From the NCBI GenBank assembly GCA_045105395.1, contig JBGCDM010000007.1:11440-75439 (forward strand): a stretch of DNA of 64,000 nucleotides, given 5' to 3'. The notes beneath the pieces are model-generated. The model was not told where the DNA came from, did no database searches, and worked only from the letters and a program-made list of their open reading frames with translations. This DNA is from Devosiaceae bacterium (GTDB lineage Bacteria; Pseudomonadota; Alphaproteobacteria; Rhizobiales; MH13). This document shows, piece after piece, positions 29,722 through 40,648 of the stretch. Within the stretch, counting starts at the first letter, position 1; each line of letters opens with the position of its first letter. The translations under genes and the position numbers were made by a program.

Positions 29722-31304
29722 AAGGACAGGCGCTTGGCCTGAACCACACCTTCCAAGGCTTCAATTTCCGCTAGCACCGCTTTGCTCACCGGCTCATCAA
29801 CCTGCACAAGAGCGATGGCATCATCGCCTTTTTCAGCGCGGCCCAAATTGAATGTTGCAATGTTGATGTTATGCGATCCCAGCAATGTTCCAAGCCGACC
29901 AATAAAGCCTGGCTTGTCATTGTTGGTGACGTAAAGCATGTGCTCGCTAAACCCACCTTCCATATCAATGCCTTTGATCTGAATAAGACGCGGCTTGCCA
30001 TCAGCAAACACTGTGCCCGCAACAGAGCGGCTCTGACGTTGGGTTTTAACCGTTAAGCGCATATAGGTCTCGTAAGCACCTTCCTGACCACGCTTGGTTT
30101 CCTCAAGCGCGATGCCACGCTCTTTGGCCATGATAGGCGCTGAAACCACATTGACAGAAGACAGCAGCGGCCGCAGCACACCGGCCAAAGCCGCCGACGA
30201 AAGCGCCTTGGTGTTGAGCTCCGCAACATCGCCCGCATATTCAATGGTAATGCCTTCAATGGCTGTTTCGGTTAGCTGCCCGGCAAACGAACCAACAAGT
30301 TCAGCCAGTTCAACAAATGGCTTCAACCGGGGGGCTTCTTCGGCAGAAATGGATGGCGAGTTCAGCGCGTTGGTCACCGCACCTGTGGTCAGGTAGTCGG
30401 CCATTTGCTCGGCCACCTGCAGGGCAACATTCTCCTGCGCTTCGGTGGTTGCCGCACCAAGATGTGGGGTGCAGATGAGGTTTGGCGCACCAAACAATAT
30501 GTTATCCGTGGCAGGCTCTTCAGCAAACACGTCCATCGCTGCACCAGCCACATGGCCATTATCAAGCGCAACGCGCAATGCCGCCTCATCCACCAGGCCG
30601 CCACGTGCGCAATTGATGATTCGCACGCCTGGCTTCATTTTGTTGATGGCATCGGCAGAAAGAATGTTGGCCGTTTTGTCGGTTTTAGGAACATGCAGCG
30701 TGATGAAATCAGCGCGCTTGAGCAGCGTATCAAGGTCAGCCTTTTCAACGCCAAGCTCAATCGCACGCTCCTCGGTGAGGAACGGATCATAGGCAACAAC
30801 CTTCATTTTTAGACCGATCGCACGGTCAGCAACGATGGAGCCAATGTTGCCACAACCGATAAGGCCAAGCGTTTTTGCTGTAACCTCAACGCCCATAAAT
30901 TTGGACTTTTCCCACTTGCCAGCCTGTGTGGAGGCATCGGCGGCTGGGATCTGACGAGCGCAAGCAAGCATCATGGAAATGGCATGCTCGGCAGTGGTGA
31001 TGGAATTGCCAAAGGGCGTGTTCATCACGATGATACCGCGCCCACTGGCCGCGGCGATATCCACATTATCAACACCGATGCCCGCACGGCCTATGACTTT
31101 GAGATTATCAGCAGCAGCGATGAGCTTTTCAGTCGCCTTGGTGGCAGAACGGATGGCCAGGCCATCATAGTCACCGATCATGGACAGGAGTTTTTCCTTG
31201 TCCTTGCCAAGACCTGGTTCGAAGGTGACCTCACACCCGCGAGACTTAAAAATCTCAACGGCGGTGGGTGAAAGACTGTCAGAAATAAGAACGCGTGGGG
31301 CCAT
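29718..31304 (-). CDS. serA: D-3-phosphoglycerate dehydrogenase (long form with an ACT domain)
   Basis: ORF trimmed to the ATG at 31304 (GAAGGAG RBS), giving MAPRVLISDSLSP. The NAD-binding fold is GLIGCGNIGSIVADRA, and the C-terminus has ASB/ACT domains. The trimmed protein is 528 aa. Confidence 0.9.
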   Translation of the reverse strand: MAPRVLISDSLSPTAVEIFKSRGCEVTFEPGLGKDKEKLLSMIGDYDGLAIRSATKATEKLIAAADNLKVIGRAGIGVDNVDIAAASGRGIIVMNTPFGNSITTAEHAISMMLACARQIPAADASTQAGKWEKSKFMGVEVTAKTLGLIGCGNIGSIVADRAIGLKMKVVAYDPFLTEERAIELGVEKADLDTLLKRADFITLHVPKTDKTANILSADAINKMKPGVRIINCARGGLVDEAALRVALDNGHVAGAAMDVFAEEPATDNILFGAPNLICTPHLGAATTEAQENVALQVAEQMADYLTTGAVTNALNSPSISAEEAPRLKPFVELAELVGSFAGQLTETAIEGITIEYAGDVAELNTKALSSAALAGVLRPLLSSVNVVSAPIMAKERGIALEETKRGQEGAYETYMRLTVKTQRQSRSVAGTVFADGKPRLIQIKGIDMEGGFSEHMLYVTNNDKPGFIGRLGTLLGSHNINIATFNLGRAEKGDDAIALVQVDEPVSKAVLAEIEALEGVVQAKRLSF

Positions 31305-31450
31305 TTTAGGCACTCCTTCAGATTGGGATAGAACCGAGCTTGGCCGTTCAGGCGGCAACCACACGGTTGGGACGGCGGATAGCCGGACCAGAGAAAAGAG
31401 GGATGGTTAGGCGGCGCATACGCGCCGACCAGAGACAACAAAAATGAAGC

Positions 31451-32617
31451 TTATGCTGTCTGAAGCTTCGCCTTCTCCTGGGCAAATGCCCAATCGAGCC
31501 ACGGCATCAGCGCATCCATATCGGATGTCTCGATCGTGCCGCCTGCCCAAATGCGAAGGCCAGCTGGTGCATCACGATAGCCAGCAATATCCAAGGCCAC
31601 ACCTTCGCCTTCCAGGCGCTTGGCGATGGCTTTGGCAAAAGCAGCCTGAGCATCATCATCCAGTGCCAAAATGTCTGGATCAACGATCTTCACGCACACC
31701 GATGTGTTGGAACGCGTCTCTGGCACGTCGGCTAAATAGTCGATCCATGGCGTTGCCTGCACGAACGCATCAATGGCAGCAGCATTGGCATCAGCGCGGC
31801 CAATAAGACCCTTAAGCCCGCCAATTGATTGCGCCCAATTGAGCGCATCCAGATAATCTTCCACGCACAACATGGATGGCGTGTTTATGGTCTCACCTTT
31901 GAAGATGCCTTCAATGAGCTTGCCACCTTTTGTAAGGCGGAAAATCTTCGGCAAAGGCCAAGCAGGTGTGTAGTTTTCCAAGCGCTCAACAGCGCGTGGG
32001 CTAAGCACAAGCACACCGTGTGCGGCTTCTCCACCCAGCACTTTCTGCCAAGAGAAAGTGGTAACATCGAGCTTATCAAACGGAAGGTCCATAGCGAACG
32101 CAGCCGAGGTCGCATCGCAAATGGTAAGGCCCGCGCGGGTGGCGGGGATCGCATCGCCGTTTGGCATGCGCACACCCGATGTCGTGCCATTCCATGTGAA
32201 CACCACGTCGGTGTTGTAATCAATCGCAGCCATATCCGGCAGCGCGCCATAGGGTGCCGTTACATTGGTTGCATCAAGTTTCAGTTGCTTCACGCAATCG
32301 GTCACCCAGCCAGCACCAAAGCTTTCCCAGGCGACCATTGTTACCGCACGTTCACCGAGCAGGCTCCACATGGCCATTTCAACAGCGCCAGTATCTGAGG
32401 CGGGCACAATGCCGATTCGATAATCGTCTGGAACGCCCAAAATGGCGCGTGTTTTATCGATAGCTAGCTTCAGCTTCGACTTACCAATTGATGATCTGTG
32501 AGAACGTCCCAGGGCCGCATCAGCTAAGCCATCTAGGGTCCAGCCGGGGCGCTTGGCGCATGGGCCGGATGAAAAACGCGGGTTAGCCGGCCGCGTGCCG
32601 GGCATTGCAATGCTCAT
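31451..32617 (-). CDS. serC: Phosphoserine aminotransferase
   Basis: ORF trimmed to the ATG at 32617 ([26 protein letters not shown], a typical alphaproteobacterial SerC N-terminus). It lies upstream of and on the same strand as serA. Confidence 0.85.
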   Translation of the reverse strand: MSIAMPGTRPANPRFSSGPCAKRPGWTLDGLADAALGRSHRSSIGKSKLKLAIDKTRAILGVPDDYRIGIVPASDTGAVEMAMWSLLGERAVTMVAWESFGAGWVTDCVKQLKLDATNVTAPYGALPDMAAIDYNTDVVFTWNGTTSGVRMPNGDAIPATRAGLTICDATSAAFAMDLPFDKLDVTTFSWQKVLGGEAAHGVLVLSPRAVERLENYTPAWPLPKIFRLTKGGKLIEGIFKGETINTPSMLCVEDYLDALNWAQSIGGLKGLIGRADANAAAIDAFVQATPWIDYLADVPETRSNTSVCVKIVDPDILALDDDAQAAFAKAIAKRLEGEGVALDIAGYRDAPAGLRIWAGGTIETSDMDALMPWLDWAFAQEKAKLQTA

Positions 32618-32742
32618 AGTGCTATCCTTCCAGATAGATAGCCCCTCGTTGGGGAGGGGTGTCCCACTGCGGGCACTAAGCGATGTGGAAGGTGCCGTCA
32701 ATTACCAAGTTAAGCCAATGAAGCTTTCAATGGTGCAAACGC

Positions 32743-32772
32743 AAAAAAAGCCGCTGGCGGCAACCAGCGGCT
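32743..32772 (-). terminator. Rho-independent terminator of the porin gene
   Basis: A 9-bp perfect stem, agccgctgg (32749-32757) pairing with ccagcggct (32764-32772), has a 6-nt loop. It is followed on the minus strand by a T7 run (complement of 32743-32749). Confidence 0.85.
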
Positions 32773-32796
32773 TTGAGGTGTGTATGGAAATTAAAA

Positions 32797-33621
32797 CTAG
32801 TATCCAGAATGACCGCCGCCGAAACCGCCAAGCGCATAGCGGAAGCCCAACGTTACATCGTGAGATGTAATGCCGTTAAATTCGACCGGATTAAGGAAGT
32901 TGTTCGCACCACCAGACGCAATGAGGTCACCAGAAGCAGCATCACCCAGGCTCAAATATCTGTAACCAAGGTCCAGCGTGACACGATCATTCACTTCATA
33001 GCCCACACCTGCGTGTAGAGCCCATGCGAATGCCCATTCGGCATTATCAGCACCGTAAGCGACACTGCTTTGCGGTGTGTTGATGTCAGTCATGTTGTCG
33101 ATCATCGTGTATGAGACACCAGCGCCAGCACCCACATAAGGGGTTATGCCGTGATAGGTTCCCATGTCCAAAAACGCATTGGCCATAACCAGATACTCTG
33201 ATTTGTCAGCCAAATACTGGTTGGTGCCATCACCAGCGTCAGCGAAACTGCCGTTTCGGTCAGCATCATAACGATCTAAGCCATCGTAAGCTGTACGCAT
33301 GCGGTATTCGGCGCTGATATCAGCGCGAAACCATTGGTTGAAGCGATAGCCAAGGGCAACACCAGCAAGGCCGCCTGCTTCAAACTCAGAGTTCAGGAAT
33401 TCCACATTAGACGTTGCAAATAGTGCGTTGTTGAGGTGGTCGACTTCCTGGTTGGTAAAACCAACATACCCACGCAAATAAAGATTTCCGCCGAACTCGA
33501 CTTCATATTCAGGCTCAAAATCCACAATTGGGGGTGGAATGTAATCGGCAGCAAAAGACACGCCTGAGACCAGGGTCGAGGCGAGCGCACCGATGAACAG
33601 AGATTTGGATGATTTACCCAT
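32797..33621 (-). CDS. Outer-membrane beta-barrel protein (Omp25/Omp31/RopB-like porin family)
   Basis: ORF trimmed to the ATG at 33621 (GAAGGAA RBS). The signal peptide is ...LASTLVSGVSFAADY. Alternating beta-strands follow, ending ...ITSHDVTLGFRY, which is typical of the 8-stranded OMP family of Rhizobiales. Confidence 0.75.
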   Translation of the reverse strand: MGKSSKSLFIGALASTLVSGVSFAADYIPPPIVDFEPEYEVEFGGNLYLRGYVGFTNQEVDHLNNALFATSNVEFLNSEFEAGGLAGVALGYRFNQWFRADISAEYRMRTAYDGLDRYDADRNGSFADAGDGTNQYLADKSEYLVMANAFLDMGTYHGITPYVGAGAGVSYTMIDNMTDINTPQSSVAYGADNAEWAFAWALHAGVGYEVNDRVTLDLGYRYLSLGDAASGDLIASGGANNFLNPVEFNGITSHDVTLGFRYALGGFGGGHSGY

Positions 33622-33706
33622 CACATCATTTCCTTCTTCGCTGTTGAACGTGCTCACGCCAAAGTGGCGATGGGCCGTCTGCGTAGTGGAATATGACGAA
33701 CAGAAG

Positions 33707-33722
33707 TTAAAACAGGTTTAAC
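33707..33722. promoter_or_regulatory. Perfect CtrA-box consensus TTAA-N7-TTAAC upstream of the porin gene
   Basis: TTAA (33707-33710), N7 aacaggt, then TTAAC (33718-33722). The site sits ~90 nt upstream of the porin start, at the edge of a strongly AT-rich stretch (~33700-33810). Confidence 0.4.
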
Positions 33723-33885
33723 CTTGATTTTTAACCTTAAAAATTAAAGTAAATAGATCATTAAATCTGATTAACATTATATGAATACTTAAATATTGAA
33801 TTGCGCAAAAATGGGACAGCACATTCCAGAGCGTGAAACGATGCTGACTTCAACGAACCTGTTTAGAAGATTTGAAAGGTCGAGC

Positions 33886-35229
33886 CTAAGCAGCCTTGCG
33901 CAAGGTGTCGCAAAGTTCATCCACGAGTGTTTCAACTAGCAGAGGGTCATCGCCTTCCGCCATGACGCGGATCAACGGTTCAGTGCCTGATGGGCGAATA
34001 ACAAGGCGCCCTTGATTGCCAAGACGTTCGGTTGCAGCCTTGATGGCCGATTGCACGCCATCCCGCACAAGCGGACTATCACCCTCAAACTGCACATTTT
34101 TTAAAATTTGCGGAACCGGCTCAAAGCGGCTGCAAACATCCGACACACTCTCTTCACGCCGGGCAACAACAGATAGAATTTGCAGCGCCGAAACCAAACC
34201 ATCGCCGGTCGTAACATAGTCAGACAGGATGATGTGGCCGGACTGCTCACCACCAACATTGTAGCCATTGGCACGCATGTGCTCGACAACATAGCGGTCG
34301 CCCACTTTTGTCCGAATAAGGTTTAAGCCCAAGCCATCAAGATAACGTTCCAAGCCAAGATTAGACATGACGGTTGCAACGACGCCAGGCTGAGTAAGCC
34401 TGCCCTGTCCCTGCCAGCTATCGGCAACAACAGCCATCAGCTGATCGCCTTGAACGATATCTCCACGCTCATCCACCATGACAACGCGGTCAGCATCCCC
34501 ATCCAAAGCAATGCCGACATCAGCGCGCCGCTCGCGAACTTTGTCGCAAAGGGCCTGTGGGTGGGTTGAGCCACAACCTGCATTAATATTGGTACCATCG
34601 GGCTTGTCGCCGATGGTGATAACGTCAGCACCCAACTCCCAAAGAACAGCCGGAGCGACCTTATAGGCAGCGCCATTGGCGCAATCGAGAACGATGCGCA
34701 TGCCAGCTAAGCTCATTGAGCGCGGCAATGTGCGTTTGGCAAATTCAATATAGCGCGCCTGTTCGCCTTCAAGGCGCTTGGCGCGTCCAAGGTCACGCGA
34801 CTTGGCCAGAAGATGCTCCACCGGCGCATCCATAAGCGCTTCAATTTCCAACTCTTTATCATCAGATAGCTTGTAACCATCTGGGCCAAAAAGCTTGATC
34901 CCATTGTCATGAAAAGCATTGTGAGACGCAGAAATCATAACGCCCAGATCACAGCGCAACGAACGTGTAAGCATCGCAATGGCTGGTGTTGGCATAGGTC
35001 CGACCAAAAACACATCCATGCCGACAGAGGTAAAGCCAGCCACCAGCGCGTTCTCAATCATGTAGCCAGAAAGCCGTGTGTCCTTGCCAATGATCACGCG
35101 GTGGCGGTGCCCGCCATTTTTGAACATTTTGCCCGCTGCCATACCCACACGCATGGCCACATCGGCGGTCATGTTGCCTGCATTGGCCCGACCACGAATA
35201 CCATCTGTTCCAAAATACTGACGAACCAC
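33886..35229 (-). CDS. glmM: Phosphoglucosamine mutase
   Basis: The ORF track start is over-extended. A GTG at 35229 gives (M)[15 protein letters not shown], the canonical GlmM N-terminus. The active-site motif is [14 protein letters not shown]. The trimmed protein is 448 aa. Confidence 0.9.
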   Translation of the reverse strand: MVRQYFGTDGIRGRANAGNMTADVAMRVGMAAGKMFKNGGHRHRVIIGKDTRLSGYMIENALVAGFTSVGMDVFLVGPMPTPAIAMLTRSLRCDLGVMISASHNAFHDNGIKLFGPDGYKLSDDKELEIEALMDAPVEHLLAKSRDLGRAKRLEGEQARYIEFAKRTLPRSMSLAGMRIVLDCANGAAYKVAPAVLWELGADVITIGDKPDGTNINAGCGSTHPQALCDKVRERRADVGIALDGDADRVVMVDERGDIVQGDQLMAVVADSWQGQGRLTQPGVVATVMSNLGLERYLDGLGLNLIRTKVGDRYVVEHMRANGYNVGGEQSGHIILSDYVTTGDGLVSALQILSVVARREESVSDVCSRFEPVPQILKNVQFEGDSPLVRDGVQSAIKAATERLGNQGRLVIRPSGTEPLIRVMAEGDDPLLVETLVDELCDTLRKAA

Positions 35230-35340
35230 AGGAAACCCCCAACTCAAAATACTGTCTACGCACCTATACGCAAACACGCCCAATATCGCGTTACCGCAAC
35301 AGCAAGCCTCATCACAGATCGTGACCAAGCTTTACAAAAC

Positions 35341-35385
35341 ACAAACAAAAACCCCGGCTCTCAGCATCAAAACTGAAAGCCGGGG
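35341..35385 (-). terminator. Rho-independent terminator of ftsH
   Basis: An 8-bp GC-rich stem, ccccggct (35352-35359) pairing with agccgggg (35378-35385), has an 18-nt loop. On the minus strand it is followed by tttttgtttgt. Confidence 0.7.
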
Positions 35386-35412
35386 TCAACTTGCAACCAA
35401 ATATCTCGGTCT

Positions 35413-37344
35413 TTAGCTTGGCTGTGGCTCCATATCACCAACGTCAGCATCGCCACCCTTGTCCTTGGGTTTAGCGCCTGCACTTGGCACAGCTGAGCCT
35501 CGCGAGCGTGTCGGCGTGTCATCACCGTCTTCGCGCACAGGCGACTTGCCATCCAACAGTCCCTGGATCTCATCACCAGACAAAGTTTCATATTCCAACA
35601 AACCATTAGCAATGGTGTGCAGCTGATCAATATTGTCTAGCGTGATTTTCTTAGCTGTCTCATAGCCCTGCTCAACAAAGGCTTTCACCTCTTCATCAAC
35701 CAATTGCTGCGTCGCTTCCGATACACTTTGGTTTTGTGCAACGGAGTGTCCTAGGAACACTTCCTGCTGATTTTCACCATAGAGCAGCGGGCCAAGTTTA
35801 TCGGACATGCCGAACTGTGTGGCCATTGCTTTGGCAAGCTTGGTCGCCATCTGGATATCGCCTGAGGCGCCAGATGTAACCTTCTCGTAGCCAAAGATCT
35901 CCTCTTCAGCAACGCGTCCACCCATAGCCACCGCAAGGTCAGCGTAACATTTGGCACGCGTGAGTGAGACCTGATCTTTCTCAGGCAAGCGCATAACCAT
36001 GCCCAACGCGCGACCACGCGGAATGATCGTTGCTTTGTGGATAGGATCTGAGGCCGGCATATGCAGTGCCACCAAAGCATGACCGGCTTCATGATAAGCC
36101 GTAAGCTTTTTCTCTTCCTCAGACATAACAAGTGTGCGGCGCTCAGCACCCATCATCACCTTGTCTTTGGCGTCTTCAAACTCGCTCATCGTGACCAAGC
36201 GCTTGGAACGCCGAGCCGCCAACAGCGCGGCCTCATTAACAAGGTTCATCAGATCCGCACCAGAAAAGCCAGGCGTACCACGCGCCAAAACCTTAAGATC
36301 CACATCCGGAGCAAGTGGCACATTGCGAACATGCACTTTGAGGATTTTTTCGCGGCCCACAATATCGGGGTTTGGAACCACGATTTGGCGATCAAAACGA
36401 CCTGGACGAAGCAATGCAGGATCAAGAACATCAGGACGGTTGGTGGCCGCAATGATAATCACGCCCTCATTGGCCTCAAAGCCATCCATCTCAACCAGCA
36501 ACTGGTTAAGTGTCTGCTCGCGCTCATCATTACCACCACCCAGGCCGGCGCCACGGTGACGGCCAACAGCATCGATTTCATCGATAAAGATGATGCAAGG
36601 TGAATTTTTCTTCGCCTGCTCGAACATATCACGCACACGACTGGCGCCAACACCAACAAACATCTCAACAAAATCAGAACCAGAGATGGTGAAGAACGGC
36701 ACATTGGCTTCGCCAGCCACCGCGCGGGCGGTCAGCGTTTTACCGGTACCGGGAGGGCCAACGAGCAGCACACCGCGCGGAATACGACCGCCAAGACGCT
36801 GGAATTTCTGCGGATCGCGCAAAAATTCAACAATTTCTTCAAGATCTTCCTTGGCTTCATCAATGCCCGCAACGTCATCAAACGTAACCTTGCCATGCGC
36901 TTCGGTGAGCAGCTTAGCCTTCGACTTACCAAAGCCCATTGCCTTTCCGCCAGCGCCGCCTTGCATTTGCCGCATGAAATAAATCCACACAGCGATGAGC
37001 AGCAGCATTGGGCCAAACGAAATGAGGATAGAGAAGATAGAAAAACCGTCATCCTGCGGGCGGGCGGAAATGCGCACGCCAGCATTGGTCAATTCCTCAA
37101 CCATATTGGGATCGTTGGGCGCAAAGGTCTGGAACTGGCCACCATCGGTGTAAGCGCCACTGATCTGCTGACCCATGATCGTTACATCGCGAATGCGACC
37201 ATCCTCAACATCGCCTAGAAATTGCGAATAGGCGATATCTGTGCCCGCGCTTTGCTGCGTTGGCCCTGAGAACATGTTGAACAACGCGACCAGTAACAGG
37301 CCGATAACGACCCAGAGCGCGAAATTGCGGAAATTGGAATTCAT
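35413..37344 (-). CDS. ftsH: ATP-dependent zinc metalloprotease FtsH
   Basis: ORF trimmed to the ATG at 37344 ([15 protein letters not shown]). The AAA module has GPPGTGKTL and IIFIDEIDA, and the zinc site is HEAGHAL. Confidence 0.95.
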   Translation of the reverse strand: MNSNFRNFALWVVIGLLLVALFNMFSGPTQQSAGTDIAYSQFLGDVEDGRIRDVTIMGQQISGAYTDGGQFQTFAPNDPNMVEELTNAGVRISARPQDDGFSIFSILISFGPMLLLIAVWIYFMRQMQGGAGGKAMGFGKSKAKLLTEAHGKVTFDDVAGIDEAKEDLEEIVEFLRDPQKFQRLGGRIPRGVLLVGPPGTGKTLTARAVAGEANVPFFTISGSDFVEMFVGVGASRVRDMFEQAKKNSPCIIFIDEIDAVGRHRGAGLGGGNDEREQTLNQLLVEMDGFEANEGVIIIAATNRPDVLDPALLRPGRFDRQIVVPNPDIVGREKILKVHVRNVPLAPDVDLKVLARGTPGFSGADLMNLVNEAALLAARRSKRLVTMSEFEDAKDKVMMGAERRTLVMSEEEKKLTAYHEAGHALVALHMPASDPIHKATIIPRGRALGMVMRLPEKDQVSLTRAKCYADLAVAMGGRVAEEEIFGYEKVTSGASGDIQMATKLAKAMATQFGMSDKLGPLLYGENQQEVFLGHSVAQNQSVSEATQQLVDEEVKAFVEQGYETAKKITLDNIDQLHTIANGLLEYETLSGDEIQGLLDGKSPVREDGDDTPTRSRGSAVPSAGAKPKDKGGDADVGDMEPQPS

Positions 37345-37534
37345 CAAAAAGGTCCAATCCTCGGCTGGAAAAATCTGGGAGCCGCCCACGGCGTGTGGTC
37401 AGAAAAGCTCCGTTGATCATAAGATAGGTTCCTAAAGGCCGGTTGCCAACCAACCCAAGGCGAAACATCGCCAGTTTTGCGTGGTTTCTGCCCATTGAGG
37501 TTAAGCAAAAAGCCGCAGCTGGCCATATTTACCG

Positions 37535-38812
37535 TCAAAGGCGGCACAAAAGCGCAATGTCTGCCGCTTCACTATGCCAACCTGGGCCGCCAAGCACCCT
37601 ACCCTTTGTGTCGAGAACCACTGGCAATGTCGAAAGCACCCGTTTTGGCAAGCCAAGGTCTCGGCTTGTGGCAAATTTTGATGTCCATCCCTGCACACGC
37701 AACTGCTCGCTTGATCGGTTGGCGATTGAAAAACGCCCATCCCAGAGCCCGCAGTCACCAGGCATCACATCGATGGCGGAAAAGCCAGTTCGCCCGGCCT
37801 CAGCATAAACAAAAAGCGAAACGATATCGCTGGCTACAGACCATTCAATCCTTGCGCCTGCAAAGGCAGTTGAGCCTTTATCCTCACGCTCAATGCGTTT
37901 GGCCAACGCAACCATGCGCCCCATATCAAGCTTGGCGCGGGCATCAGGGTGCCTGGCAACATGTAACAGTGTTCGGCGCAGCAATCGTGCCTGCACAGCA
38001 AGCGGAAGTTCAGCAAGTGCCAACTGGCCACTTAGATAACCATGTTTGGCACCATCAAGCTTATCAAACGCCTGATCGGCGTAGCTATTGAGCGCCTCGT
38101 TTTCCATCTGCGCAATGGCAGCAGTTTCCACCATGCCTTCGGCAAGCGTGCGCGCGCTATCAGGCATTGGTGCATTGGCCAGCCACTTCCGGTAGCGCAC
38201 ACGGGTATAAGAGGCATCTTCATTGGTTGGATCGTGAACCGGCGAAAAAGGTGTGTGCAAAAGCACCTGGTACAAGCGCTCTTTGGGCCACCCCAAGAAC
38301 GGGCGCAAAACGCGGCAATCGCTGATCTTCGTCTCTGCACGAATGCCGGCCAACCCCTCGCTGCCGGCACCGCGTGCAGCACGCATCAACACTGTTTCAG
38401 CTTGATCATCAGCTGTGTGCGCCGTCAGCATGGCAAAGCTACGGCCCGAAAACTGGCTATGGGCAACTTTAGCCAAGGCATCATAGCGCAACTGGCGCGC
38501 CCAGCCCTGCACATTGCCTGCGGGCTTACCATCCAAGGCAATTGTTTGATGCGCCACACCGAGATCAGCGCAAATATCGGCCACATGTGATGCTTCAGCA
38601 GCGCCTTCTGCTCGCAAACCGTGATCAATGGTGACGGCAACAATTTGTGGCAAAGGCACGCTCTGGTTGCGCAAGGCAATTAAGCCAACCAACATCGCAA
38701 GCGAGTCCGGTCCACCAGATACGGCAAGCACGATGCCATCAAAGCCAACCAGACCATTGGCGACCTGAAGCCAAGCATCAGTGGCCGCCGTATCTGATGG
38801 CCGATCTAGCAA
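37535..38812 (-). CDS. tilS: tRNA(Ile)-lysidine synthetase
   Basis: The PP-loop motif is VLAVSGGPDSLAM. The protein is 425 aa and sits between cpoB and ftsH, as in other alphaproteobacteria. The start is TTG and overlaps the cpoB stop by 7 nt. Confidence 0.85.
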   Translation of the reverse strand: MLDRPSDTAATDAWLQVANGLVGFDGIVLAVSGGPDSLAMLVGLIALRNQSVPLPQIVAVTIDHGLRAEGAAEASHVADICADLGVAHQTIALDGKPAGNVQGWARQLRYDALAKVAHSQFSGRSFAMLTAHTADDQAETVLMRAARGAGSEGLAGIRAETKISDCRVLRPFLGWPKERLYQVLLHTPFSPVHDPTNEDASYTRVRYRKWLANAPMPDSARTLAEGMVETAAIAQMENEALNSYADQAFDKLDGAKHGYLSGQLALAELPLAVQARLLRRTLLHVARHPDARAKLDMGRMVALAKRIEREDKGSTAFAGARIEWSVASDIVSLFVYAEAGRTGFSAIDVMPGDCGLWDGRFSIANRSSEQLRVQGWTSKFATSRDLGLPKRVLSTLPVVLDTKGRVLGGPGWHSEAADIALLCRL

Positions 38813-39789
38813 CCAGCAAGACCCTGTTCGGTTCGCGCTGTATCCAGCACAATTTGCGGCGCTCGCGGATAATCAGTCAAAAGCTTGTTAAAGGTGGCAC
38901 ATGCTTGGCTATCGGCGCCCAAACGCTCCAAGCTCATAGCAAGCTTCAACAAAGCATCGGGCACTTTGACGTCTTCAGGGTAATTGTTGAACACGGCCAA
39001 AAACTGCTCAGCAGCAGGTGTGTAAGAGCCCATCGCAAAATGGGATTCACCCAGCCAAAAATGCGCATTAGGGCGCAAGCGATCATCGGGAAACTGCTCA
39101 ACGAAATCAGAAAACGTAGCCACAGCCTGGCGGTAATCACCGCGCAGCACATGATCATATCCAAGCTCATAAACATCGGAGGCGTTAAGGCTGGTCAGCG
39201 GATCAACGCTTGCGATCACCCCACTAAGCGGCTCAGCAGGACGCACCTCGGGTGCAGCATTGAGGGTCAAGGATGACAGATCCAGCGGACCATTCGGGTC
39301 GCCAATCGTTGCACCAATCGGTTGCCCAGCCTGGTCAACACTCAACGTGCCAAGGTCACGGGGTGGATTTCCGCGTTCGCGCGCCAGCAATGCCTCTCGC
39401 AACTGCTCATCCGTCGCGGCGCCATCAACAGCGCTGCGTTCCATGGGCATGCCTGATCCATTGCCTTCAAGTTCTAGCAAACGGAACTCAGTGTCTTCGC
39501 GCGCGCGGCGCAACTCTTCTTGCAATTGGCGCATCTGAAACATCAGCTGCTCCATTTGTCCGGTCAACCCGCGCAGTTCACCTTCCAGCCGATCAATACG
39601 AATATTGGTTTGCGCATCTGCCGCCGGATTGGACTGCACAAAAACTGCAGAAGGTCCGCTAGGCCCAGCGTTGCCCACACTTGCCGGAGGCAAGGGTATC
39701 GGCTGGCCCGGCAGAGCCTGGGCAAAGGCTGAGGAGGCATAAAGCGCGCTTGCAACGCAAACACCAAAAAAACGAAGGGGCAAAGACAT
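38806..39789 (-). CDS. cpoB: Tol-Pal system protein CpoB/YbgF
   Basis: A signal peptide (FGVCVASALYASSAFAQ) is followed by a coiled-coil N-domain and C-terminal TPR repeats (YDHVLRGDYRQAVATFSDFVEQFPDDRLRPNAHFWLGES...). The ATG is at 39789. Confidence 0.85.
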   Translation of the reverse strand: MSLPLRFFGVCVASALYASSAFAQALPGQPIPLPPASVGNAGPSGPSAVFVQSNPAADAQTNIRIDRLEGELRGLTGQMEQLMFQMRQLQEELRRAREDTEFRLLELEGNGSGMPMERSAVDGAATDEQLREALLARERGNPPRDLGTLSVDQAGQPIGATIGDPNGPLDLSSLTLNAAPEVRPAEPLSGVIASVDPLTSLNASDVYELGYDHVLRGDYRQAVATFSDFVEQFPDDRLRPNAHFWLGESHFAMGSYTPAAEQFLAVFNNYPEDVKVPDALLKLAMSLERLGADSQACATFNKLLTDYPRAPQIVLDTARTEQGLAGC

Positions 39790-39914
39790 CAAAAACCCAT
39801 ATCAAACTGTGCGACCCCATGGGCCCAATTCCAAGCAGTTTTCATGCAAAGGCGGCAAATATGAGGAGCATCATGTTGCACGCACGGCCAGACAATTAAA
39901 AAAGCCAGGCCAAA

Positions 39915-39940
39915 TAAAAAAGCCGGGCTATGAGCCCGGC
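39915..39940 (-). terminator. Rho-independent terminator of pal
   Basis: An 8-bp stem, gccgggct (39922-39929) pairing with agcccggc (39933-39940), has a 3-nt loop. On the minus strand it is followed by ttttttatt (complement of 39915-39921). There is also a short T-run on the + side. Confidence 0.85.
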
Positions 39941-39964
39941 CTTTTACAAATTCACTAGCCCAAT

Positions 39965-40480
39965 TTAGCCGCCTTGAAGGGCAGATACAGCGCGCCGGTT
40001 CTGCGACCAGCACGTGATGTCGTTACACGTGGCAACCGGGCGTTCTTTACCATAGGACACAGTGGAAAGACGCGCTGGCGAAACACCGCGTGAGGTAAGG
40101 TAATCGCGCGTTGCAGCGGCACGTCGCGCACCAAGGGCAAGGTTGTATTCGCGTGTGCCACGCTCATCAGCATGGCCCTCAATTTGAATGGCGTACTGCG
40201 CATACTGATTTAACCAGGCTGCCTGGCGATCAAGCGTTGTGCGCCCCTCGGCCGTCAGCGTCGTGGAATCGGTTTCAAAGAACACGCGGTCACCCACATT
40301 CACCGTAAAGTCTTGCGCACTGCCTGGAGGTGCGGCCTGCTGCGATAGCGGCAACTGATCAGGTGTGGTGGACGCACACGCCGCCATAAACAGCGCCAAG
40401 AAAGACGCCATAAGAAGGCGGGAATAGAGACCAAACTGAGCCCGAACCATAGGAATGTTCTTTCGTAAAACCTGCGGCAT
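39965..40480 (-). CDS. pal: Peptidoglycan-associated lipoprotein Pal
   Basis: A lipobox is present (LALFMAAC). The OmpA-like C-domain reads IEGHADERGTREYNLALGARRAAATRDYL. The start is ambiguous among 40483 (GTG), 40480 (ATG) and 40450 (ATG). Confidence 0.9.
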   Translation of the reverse strand: MPQVLRKNIPMVRAQFGLYSRLLMASFLALFMAACASTTPDQLPLSQQAAPPGSAQDFTVNVGDRVFFETDSTTLTAEGRTTLDRQAAWLNQYAQYAIQIEGHADERGTREYNLALGARRAAATRDYLTSRGVSPARLSTVSYGKERPVATCNDITCWSQNRRAVSALQGG

Positions 40481-40648
40481 CACCGCCGCTGAAAAACTGT
40501 TTGCGCCGCATTTGACGCGATTTGGTTATGAATTGGCAAGGTTAAGTGCCCGTTTTCGTTCATGGTAAACGCGGGCTTTTTTGTGGCAGGTGCCTTATTT
40601 GCCCAACCTTGATGAACCTATGCTGAACGAAAAGTAAACATCTCTGGC

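Noticed and set aside
31305-31364. N-terminal extensions of track ORFs (serA here; likewise serC, glmM, ftsH, ruvC, tolQ, the DUF2333-like gene, the porin and the OMP)
   Set aside because: The track takes the longest ORF, including TTG and GTG starts. Canonical N-termini, RBS positions and upstream stop or terminator positions support the shorter starts used in the feature table.
33761-33775. A second CtrA-like site, TTAA-N6-TTAAC, upstream of the porin gene
   Set aside because: The spacing is 6 nt rather than the required 7, so it is not counted as a CtrA box. It is mentioned only as part of the AT-rich island.
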